Positions 57,716 to 64,000 of a DNA stretch of 64,000 nt are shown in pieces. Location: positions 272,053 to 336,052 of the forward strand of contig CBDEVW010000004.1 of assembly GCA_965243755.1 (NCBI GenBank), in the 5' to 3' direction. Under the pieces are notes generated by a model that worked only from the letters and a program-made list of their open reading frames with translations, did no database searches and was not told the origin of the DNA. Origin of the DNA: Cyclobacteriaceae bacterium (GTDB lineage Bacteria; Bacteroidota; Bacteroidia; Cytophagales; Cyclobacteriaceae). Numbering within the stretch: the stretch's first letter is position 1; each line of letters begins with the position of its first letter. Made by a program: the position numbers and the translations under genes.

Positions 57716-58350
57716 CGGTGAGGTCCTATTTTTTCAAAACTCCTTTCTGGTTAAAATGGGCATTCCCAACTTTGGTTTGGAACGCAGAAGGCAGTACTGA
57801 TAAAAGCATAGCGCTGACCTTTGATGATGGCCCAATTCCGGAAATCACACCATGGGTGCTCAAAATACTGGAGGAAAGAGCGGTCAAAGCTACCTTTTTT
57901 GTTGTTGGTCAAAACGCTGAAAAATATCCGGAGTTATTGAAGGAATTAGTCAGCAACGGACACCGAATAGGTAATCATACCCAAAATCACCTGAATGGCT
58001 GGAAGACATCTGATGCTGCTTATATTAAAAGTATCCTTCAGTGTCAGTCGGTGATTGATCGCTATTATGATGGTGAAAAATTGTTTCGTCCTCCTTATGG
58101 GAAAATAAAGCCTTCACAAATCAAACGAATTGCGAAATCTCATAAAATTGTAATGTGGGATTATCTGATCGGTGATTTTGACATGTCACAAAATTCAGAG
58201 GAACTGTATTCCAGAGCCGTTGATGGCGTGAAAAATAACTCGATCGTAATATTTCATGATAGCATAAAAGCAGAAAAACATTTGAGAGCGCTACTGCCTC
58301 GATTTCTTGATCATTTTCTTGAACAGGAGTACACATTTAAGACCTTATAG
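57697..58350 (+). CDS. Polysaccharide deacetylase (NodB homology domain)
   Basis: ALTFDDGP, GNHTQNH, LFRPPYG. Start is GTG 57697 or GTG 57718; there is no nearby ATG. Confidence 0.85.
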   Translation: MQSNPIAVRSYFFKTPFWLKWAFPTLVWNAEGSTDKSIALTFDDGPIPEITPWVLKILEERAVKATFFVVGQNAEKYPELLKELVSNGHRIGNHTQNHLNGWKTSDAAYIKSILQCQSVIDRYYDGEKLFRPPYGKIKPSQIKRIAKSHKIVMWDYLIGDFDMSQNSEELYSRAVDGVKNNSIVIFHDSIKAEKHLRALLPRFLDHFLEQEYTFKTL

Positions 58351-58387
58351 TTTTAATTTGCCGTTTGGCCGTTAACCCAGTTGTCAA

Positions 58388-59164
58388 ATGCGATATGTTG
58401 AAACACATGCTCATATCTATTTGGAGCATTTTGAGAAAGATTTAGACGATATTATTTCCAGGGCACAGGAAGCTGGCATTGGCAAAATATATATGCCAAA
58501 CATTGATCATACGTCCATAGACCGCATGATGGAACTGGAAATGAAATACCCCGACCTTTGTGTAGCAACTATGGGCCTTCATCCATGTAGTGTAAATAAA
58601 GACTTTGAGAAACAGCTATACGAAGTGGAGGAATGGCTGGGTAAAAGAAAGTTTGCTGCAGTAGGAGAGATGGGTACCGACCTGTATTGGGACAAAACCA
58701 ACTATAAATACCAGGTAGAAGCATTTAAGATTCAGTGTCAGTTGGCCATACAGCATGAAGTGCCAATCATCATTCATTGCAGAGACTCTCTGAGGGAAAC
58801 AATTGATTTGGTGAAGGAAATCAATGACGACCAGCTAAAGGGAGTATTTCATTGTTTTGGTGGATCTTTGGAGGAAGCGAAGGAGATCACCGAACTTGGA
58901 TTTTACCTGGGGATTGGCGGGGTTTTGACCTTTAAGAATAGTAGCTTGAAGGAGTACATCGCAGATATCGACATTAACAAAATTGTTCTGGAGACGGATT
59001 CCCCATATTTGACACCCGCTCCGCATCGAGGAAAAAGAAACGAACCTTCTTATATACCACTCATTGCTGAAAAGCTAAGGGAACACACAAGCCTGGAAGA
59101 AGATGAGATTGCCAGTATTACAACCAAAAATGCATTAAAATTATTTCAGGCCAATGAACTATAA
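58388..59164 (+). CDS. TatD-family metal-dependent hydrolase
   Basis: 258 aa. ETHAHIY, VGEMGTDLYW, IIIHCRDS, FHCFGG, LETDSPYL. Confidence 0.9.
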   Translation: MRYVETHAHIYLEHFEKDLDDIISRAQEAGIGKIYMPNIDHTSIDRMMELEMKYPDLCVATMGLHPCSVNKDFEKQLYEVEEWLGKRKFAAVGEMGTDLYWDKTNYKYQVEAFKIQCQLAIQHEVPIIIHCRDSLRETIDLVKEINDDQLKGVFHCFGGSLEEAKEITELGFYLGIGGVLTFKNSSLKEYIADIDINKIVLETDSPYLTPAPHRGKRNEPSYIPLIAEKLREHTSLEEDEIASITTKNALKLFQANEL

Positions 59165-60221
59165 GATAGTCAACATAAAAACCACTGCCGGCAAAGATCC
59201 GGATTCCAGTATTTTGATTATTTACACCGGAGGAACATTCGGGATGGCCTATGATAAGTCTGGAAGCCTGGCGCCATTCAACTTTGGGCGAGTATTAGAA
59301 AGTATTCCGGAATTAAGTGCCCTGGAACTAAAATTAACAGTGATTTCCTTCCCAGAACCTCAGGATTCATCCAATGTGAATCATGAGCACTGGGTAGACC
59401 TTGGTTATATCATCTATGAGAATTATGCGCAGTACGACGGGTTTGTCATTCTTCATGGCACAGACACCATGGCCTATTCAGCATCAGCATTGAGTTTTAT
59501 GCTAAAAGGCCTGAATAAACCGGTGATTTTCACCGGAGCACAAATTCCAATTGGGTTTATCCGATCAGATGCCAGGGAAAATCTGATCACAGCACTTGAA
59601 ATTGCTTCCTCTAAAAAGGATGGGGTGCCAATCATCAATGAGGTTTGTATCTATTTTAACTTTTTTCTGCTGCGTGGAAATAGATCTCAAAAAATCAGGA
59701 GTAGTACATTCGCGGCATTTGAATCCGAGAATTACCCGAAGTTAGCAGAAGCTGGTATTTTCATCGAATACAATTTTTCGGCACTGCAACCACATGACCC
59801 CAACGCCAAGCTGACCATGAAGAAGAATTTTGATGATAATGTGGTGGTTTTAAAGCTATTTCCAGGAATCAATGAAACATTGGTGAAGAGCATTTTGGGA
59901 ACTGAGGGGCTAAAAGGGGTGGTATTAGAGACCTATGGATCAGGAAATACAATGAATTACCCCTGGTTCCTTGATTGCCTGAAAGATGCTAACGATAGAG
60001 GTATACTACTGTTTAATGTATCGCAATGTAGTGGCGGTGAGGTGATTATGGGAAGATATGAAACCAGCAAGACACTTAGTGATCTTGGAGTGTTGAGTGG
60101 AGGTGATATTACTACAGAAGCGGCCCTTACTAAAATGATGCTTTTACTGGGTGAGGAGAAGAAACTTGAAATAATTAAAAATAAACTCCAAATGCCACTA
60201 AATGGCGAAATGGACTATTAA
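59154..60221 (+). CDS. ansA: L-asparaginase, type I (cytoplasmic)
   Basis: 355 aa. IIYTGGTFGM (Thr nucleophile), LHGTDTMAYSASAL, FTGAQIP. Confidence 0.9.
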   Translation: MNYKIVNIKTTAGKDPDSSILIIYTGGTFGMAYDKSGSLAPFNFGRVLESIPELSALELKLTVISFPEPQDSSNVNHEHWVDLGYIIYENYAQYDGFVILHGTDTMAYSASALSFMLKGLNKPVIFTGAQIPIGFIRSDARENLITALEIASSKKDGVPIINEVCIYFNFFLLRGNRSQKIRSSTFAAFESENYPKLAEAGIFIEYNFSALQPHDPNAKLTMKKNFDDNVVVLKLFPGINETLVKSILGTEGLKGVVLETYGSGNTMNYPWFLDCLKDANDRGILLFNVSQCSGGEVIMGRYETSKTLSDLGVLSGGDITTEAALTKMMLLLGEEKKLEIIKNKLQMPLNGEMDY

Positions 60222-60306
60222 ATGCCATTAAGGTAAATTTGATTGCAAAACTTGCATAACGTAATTTTTATTATTTGATTTGTTGCCGGAGAAAATCCGG
60301 GTATTT

Positions 60307-60395
60307 GGAGAGGTGGCCGAGTGGTTGAAGGCGCACGCCTGGAAAGTGTGTATACTCTTCACGGGGTATCGAGGGTTCGAATCCCTCTCTCTCCG
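60307..60395 (+). tRNA. tRNA-Ser (anticodon GGA)
   Basis: Acceptor GGAGAGG / TCTCTCC (one G-U pair). D-arm GCCGAGTGGTTGAAGGC. Anticodon stem-loop with CTGGAAA. Long variable arm. T-arm GAGGG-TTCGAAT-CCCTC. Discriminator G; no encoded CCA. Confidence 0.9.
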
Positions 60396-60469
60396 CTGTA
60401 TTAACCGGGAAATAAATAAACAAGAATAGATTAGTTAAACTTAACCGAAGATTCAATTTAAACTAGATT

Positions 60470-61309
60470 ATGAAAAAGCTATTTACATTATTGATGCTTA
60501 CCGGTGTTCTTATGTTCAGCCAGAACACTTACGCACAAGAGGAGCAAGAGGGAGATACTACTGAAGTGGCTACTGATACTGCATCTACTGAGGAAGTTGT
60601 TTTTGATGACAATGCAGATGCAACTGATGAGGCTGATACTCAAACTTTCGTTGAAGAAGAGCCTGTAAGTGATGCCGGATTTCATCAAGTAATCAAAAAG
60701 CAGTTTATTGATGGTGGATGGCAGTTCATGAGTATCGTACTTGCATGTTTGATACTTGGTCTTGCTATTGCAATTGAAAGAATTATCACCTTGAACCTGG
60801 CCAGCACTAACACTAAGAAATTATTGGCTCGAGTAGAAGATGCACTTTCTTCTGGTGGAGTTGAAGCTGCTAAGGATGTTTGTAGAAATACAAGAGGTCC
60901 TGTAGCATCTATTTTCGTTCAGGGATTAATGAGAATGTCAGAAGGTATAGAAATGGTTGAAAAATCAATCATCGCTTACGGATCTGTTGAAATGGGTAAA
61001 TTGGAAAGAGGTATGGTTTGGGTTTCTCTATTCATCTCTCTGGCTCCAATGCTTGGTTTCATGGGAACTGTAATTGGTATGATCGATGCATTCGACGCTA
61101 TCGCTGAAGCTGGTGACGTATCTCCTGCACTTGTGGCAGATGGTATTAAGCAGGCACTTTTAACTACAGTAGGTGGACTGATCGTTGCGGTAATTCTTCA
61201 GTTATTCTACAACTACCTGATTTCTAAAATTGACTCTATTGTAAACTCAATGGAAGATGCGTCTATTTCATTAGTAGACATGCTTGTTAAGCACAACCTA
61301 ACTAAATAA
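60470..61309 (+). CDS. exbB: MotA/TolQ/ExbB-family proton channel with acidic N-terminal periplasmic extension
   Basis: 279 aa with a signal peptide and a D/E/T-rich ~45-aa stretch. Three TM helices; LAPMLGFMGTVIGMIDAF. Confidence 0.9.
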   Translation: MKKLFTLLMLTGVLMFSQNTYAQEEQEGDTTEVATDTASTEEVVFDDNADATDEADTQTFVEEEPVSDAGFHQVIKKQFIDGGWQFMSIVLACLILGLAIAIERIITLNLASTNTKKLLARVEDALSSGGVEAAKDVCRNTRGPVASIFVQGLMRMSEGIEMVEKSIIAYGSVEMGKLERGMVWVSLFISLAPMLGFMGTVIGMIDAFDAIAEAGDVSPALVADGIKQALLTTVGGLIVAVILQLFYNYLISKIDSIVNSMEDASISLVDMLVKHNLTK

Positions 61310-61318
61310 GAAGACTGC

Positions 61319-61630
61319 ATGGAAAATTTTGTAAATATAATGCTATGGGCGAGCTATGTTTTAGTAGCAGCCTCAGTAGTACTGGCGATTGTACTACCGC
61401 TTATCAATGCAATTGATAACCCTAAAGGACTTGTGAAAGGAGCTGTTGGTCTTGTTGGCCTTTTGGTGATCTTTTTCCTAGGCTGGGCAATTGCAGACGG
61501 TACGGCTGTAGGGACATCCAGTGCGGGAGTAGCCAAGTTTGTTGGTGGAGCTCTGATCACTATGTATATTTTGACAATTGGTGCCCTGGGAGGCATTGTT
61601 TATACTGAAATAGCAAAAGCAATTAAATAA
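61319..61630 (+). CDS. Small 3-TM membrane protein between exbB and exbD
   Basis: 103 aa and hydrophobic. Its stop overlaps the exbD start by 1 nt (TAATG). Confidence 0.55.
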   Translation: MENFVNIMLWASYVLVAASVVLAIVLPLINAIDNPKGLVKGAVGLVGLLVIFFLGWAIADGTAVGTSSAGVAKFVGGALITMYILTIGALGGIVYTEIAKAIK

Positions 61631-62277
61631 TGGCAAGAAGCAAGAATAGAGGATCAACAGAGGTGAATGCCGGTTCAATGGCCGACATTGCATTCTTGTT
61701 GCTTATCTTCTTCCTGGTTACTACTACGATAGCTAACGATAAGGGGATAGCAATGCGACTGCCACCGCCTCCAGATCCAAATAACCCACCACCTGAGGTG
61801 ACCAAGAATGATAAAAACATATTTAAGATTCTTGCTAACTCACAGGATAGACTTTTGGTGGAGGATGAACCCTGGGAACAAGATCCAGGGGAACTGAAAG
61901 AGGAAATCAAGAAGTTTATATTGAACTTTGGAAACCCAAGTCCGGAAGGTCTGGATATTTACAACTCCTTACCTCCTAAAATGAAGGCATACATCAGTGC
62001 GAACGGACGAAGAGAGGATTCTTCGGAAGATCCTACTGAAGCTGTGGTTTCATTTAAGGCACAAAGGGGAACCAGCTATGAACTGTACATTCAGGTATTG
62101 GATGCTATTAACAAGGCATACAATGAGGTGTATGGAGAAAGAGTTGGTTTAACTGCTGAAGAGTTTCTTAACCTGGATAAGAGTAACGACATTCAGAAGG
62201 ATCTCTATGACAGGGCTCGTCAGGGAATTCCAAGAGCGATTTCAATTGCAGAACCAGATAAAGTAGGAAGTAGATAA
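61630..62277 (+). CDS. exbD: ExbD/TolR-family protein (long form)
   Basis: 215 aa. VNAGSMADIAFLLLIFFLVTT, followed by a Pro-rich linker. Confidence 0.85.
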   Translation: MARSKNRGSTEVNAGSMADIAFLLLIFFLVTTTIANDKGIAMRLPPPPDPNNPPPEVTKNDKNIFKILANSQDRLLVEDEPWEQDPGELKEEIKKFILNFGNPSPEGLDIYNSLPPKMKAYISANGRREDSSEDPTEAVVSFKAQRGTSYELYIQVLDAINKAYNEVYGERVGLTAEEFLNLDKSNDIQKDLYDRARQGIPRAISIAEPDKVGSR

Positions 62278-62741
62278 TGGGAAAGTTTAGCAAAAGTTCA
62301 AGAACATCTCAGGATATCCCTACGGCGGCACTTCCTGATATTATTTTCATGCTGTTATTCTTCTTCATGGTAACAACTGTACTTAGAGAAGATGATATTT
62401 TGGTAGTACAAAAATTACCAAAAGCTACGCAGCTTACGAAAATCGAGAAGAAGTCTTTGGTCAGTTACATATACATAGGCGCTCCAAAAAATACGGAGCA
62501 ATATGGATCTGAGCCTAAGATTCAGACCAACGATGTGTTTACTGAAATCGACGATATCATACAGTTTGTGAATCAGGAGAAGGATGCTCTTGATGAAAAC
62601 CAGAGAGATAAGATTACAATGTCTTTCAAGGTGGACCAGGAAACTGAAATGGGTATTGTATCTGATGTTCAGGAGAAATTACGTGAAGCAAATGCATTAA
62701 AAGTATTGTACAGCTCACGAAAAACTGCATCTGAGGAATAG
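62277..62741 (+). CDS. exbD: ExbD/TolR-family protein
   Basis: 154 aa. IPTAALPDIIFMLLFFFMVTT. Its start overlaps the upstream stop by 1 nt. Confidence 0.85.
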   Translation: MGKFSKSSRTSQDIPTAALPDIIFMLLFFFMVTTVLREDDILVVQKLPKATQLTKIEKKSLVSYIYIGAPKNTEQYGSEPKIQTNDVFTEIDDIIQFVNQEKDALDENQRDKITMSFKVDQETEMGIVSDVQEKLREANALKVLYSSRKTASEE

Positions 62742-62770
62742 CGAATTGATTATTCCAAAATAGAAATATG

Positions 62771-62800
62771 AAAGGTGACTGTAATTGTCACCTTTTTTAT
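62771..62800. terminator. Bidirectional intrinsic terminator between exbD and the convergent HNH gene
   Basis: AAAGGTGAC-TGTAATT-GTCACCTTT followed by TTTAT, with an A-rich stretch upstream. Confidence 0.7.
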
Positions 62801-62824
62801 TTAATAATTATCCTGTCTTCTAAT

Positions 62825-63337
62825 TTAAGAGACTGATTTTTTAGGATTTAAATAGGGGAGCCACTCATTTTGAACCCGGCCATTTGACTCACGAAGGAAC
62901 ATCACATACGAAGGCTTCATTGGTTGATTCATGAGCTTTAAGCCAACTTCTTCCAGACTATAATCTCCTTTTTTCGCATTGCACTTTTGACATGCCGTAG
63001 CAAGATTAGTCCAGGTGGATTTACCCCCTTTTGATTTAGGGATTACATGGTCAATGGTGAGATTTTTACTAGTGCCACAATACTGACACTGATGTTTATC
63101 TCTTTTGAATATATTGTAGCGGGTTAATACCACGCCACGGTAAGGAATGTTTATATAACGGTTGATTCGGATCACCGCTGGTAACGGATAAGATTTAGAG
63201 ACTGTTCTGAGATATCGGTTTTCTGACTGATCAATCATTTCAGCCTTGTTTAAATAAACTAATAGAAAAGCCCGATATGCAGAACAGACAGTGATAGGAC
63301 TGTAATCCTGATTCAATACCAGTACTTTTCCTTGCAT
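62825..63337 (-). CDS. HNH endonuclease-family protein
   Basis: 170 aa. CQYCGTSKNLTIDHVIPKSKGGKSTWTNLATACQKCNAKK. Confidence 0.85.
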   Translation of the reverse strand: MQGKVLVLNQDYSPITVCSAYRAFLLVYLNKAEMIDQSENRYLRTVSKSYPLPAVIRINRYINIPYRGVVLTRYNIFKRDKHQCQYCGTSKNLTIDHVIPKSKGGKSTWTNLATACQKCNAKKGDYSLEEVGLKLMNQPMKPSYVMFLRESNGRVQNEWLPYLNPKKSVS

Positions 63338-63338
63338 A

Positions 63339-63803
63339 TCAGTATTTCATTTGTTTCAACTCTCTTTCCTGATCCTTTTTCTTCATGCTTTCCCTCTTGT
63401 CGTACAATTTCTTGCCTTTAGCAAGACCAACCTCAAGCTTGGCAAAACCACGTTTGTTAATGTACAGTTTTGTAGGTACAATGGTGAATCCTTTTTCTTC
63501 GGTTTTGCCTTTTAGCTTTTCAATTTCTCTTTTATTCAAAAGAAGTTTCCGTTCCCTGGTCGGTTCATGATTTGTGAATGAACCCTGTTCGTAGGGAGAG
63601 ATTGTCATTCCTTTTACAAACAATTCATCTCTGTGAATGTGGCAATAGGCCTCTTGTAAAGAAACCTTCCCTTCACGGATAGATTTAATCTCAGTACCCT
63701 TAAGCACCATCCCAGCTTCGAAAGTGTCAGAAATGGTAAACTCATGAAATGCTTTACGGTTCTTTATGCTGACGTTATTCGAAAATCTCTCCTTTCCTCC
63801 CAT
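63339..63803 (-). CDS. smpB: SsrA-binding protein
   Basis: 154 aa. NRKAFHEFTISDTFEAGMVLKGTEIKSIREGKVSL, with a basic C-terminal tail. Confidence 0.95.
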   Translation of the reverse strand: MGGKERFSNNVSIKNRKAFHEFTISDTFEAGMVLKGTEIKSIREGKVSLQEAYCHIHRDELFVKGMTISPYEQGSFTNHEPTRERKLLLNKREIEKLKGKTEEKGFTIVPTKLYINKRGFAKLEVGLAKGKKLYDKRESMKKKDQERELKQMKY

Positions 63804-63848
63804 GTTACTAAAATTACTTTACAATTGTTATTTATCAAATTAATCTAT

Positions 63849-64000
63849 TTAAAACCGCATTCTTGGCGCTGGGGTTTCGGTAAGTGGCTCAAATCTTTGC
63901 TCCAGGTAACTAAAATGACCTGCCATGGCAATCATTCCGGCATTGTCTGTACAGTATTCCATTTTTGGTATATAGACATTCCATTGACTACTACTAGCAA
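63849..64000 (-). CDS. tsaD: tRNA N6-adenosine threonylcarbamoyltransferase TsaD, C-terminal fragment (runs off right edge)
   Basis: My reverse-complement translation gives ..VYIPKMEYCTDNAGMIAMAGHFSYLEQRFEPLTETPAPRMRF*, with the stop at 63849-63851. CTDNA(A/G)MIA is the conserved TsaD/Kae1 C-terminal motif. Confidence 0.8.
   Translation of the reverse strand, partial: ASSSQWNVYIPKMEYCTDNAGMIAMAGHFSYLEQRFEPLTETPAPRMRF

Noticed and set aside
60222-60469. tRNA-Ser as a possible genomic-island integration site
   Set aside because: No integrase, direct repeat of the tRNA 3' end, or mobility genes on either side. The flanking genes (ansA, exbB) are ordinary chromosomal genes.
62825-63337. HNH endonuclease as part of a restriction or defence system
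   Set aside because: It is a single small gene between exbD and smpB with no methyltransferase, ATPase or other partner. This ~170-aa HNH type is widely conserved as a stand-alone gene. There is no sequence evidence for a defence island.
1-64000. Looked for CRISPR arrays, rRNA, tmRNA, transposases/IS ends, prophage or toxin-antitoxin pairs
   Set aside because: I found no regularly spaced direct repeats, no rRNA-like segments, no tmRNA next to smpB within the window, and no ORFs with transposase, integrase or TA signatures. Small structured RNAs cannot be excluded without covariance-model searches.

Overview
This 64-kb window looks like a chromosomal segment of a Bacteroidota genome. Supporting features are a SusC/SusD pair, a T9SS-type C-terminal sorting domain, a BlaR1-TonB fusion and an ExbB-ExbD-ExbD arrangement. 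I support about 70 protein-coding genes and one tRNA-Ser(GGA). I saw no rRNA, CRISPR array, transposase or integrase. The window splits into four parts. (1) 4.1-18.0 kb is a co-directional minus-strand SusC/SusD locus. It has no carbohydrate-active enzymes but carries three cyanophycinase-family (S51) peptidases, two PKD/YWTD-propeller lipoproteins, a YfcC-type permease and an IaaA isoaspartyl peptidase. I read it as a candidate cyanophycin (beta-Asp-Arg polyamide) utilisation system. A 28-nt motif recurs upstream of three of its transcription units. (2) 23.3-32.6 kb is a tightly packed 10-gene plus-strand operon that begins with a stand-alone GTP cyclohydrolase II. It continues with a deaminase-less RibD-C reductase, a BchC-like dehydrogenase, a degenerate PTPS-like T-fold protein, a glycosyltransferase, three methyltransferases and a sulfotransferase-like protein. 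An AT-rich CDP-alcohol phosphatidyltransferase plus LtaS-like pair converges on it. This is an orphan biosynthetic cluster that does not look like riboflavin synthesis. (3) 32.8-43.9 kb holds two sensor kinases with one LuxR regulator, a clear homolog of the Leptospira LipL32 protein, and a small AraC/SDR accessory module. (4) 44-64 kb is mostly housekeeping (accBC, efp, fabH, rpmF, pdxA, rsmA, mgtE, greA, ruvC, ansA, exbBD, smpB, tsaD). It is interrupted by a flippase-like / processive GT2 / GAF-PP2C / NodB deacetylase module. All calls rest on reading the translated ORFs and the DNA by eye; no searches were run.
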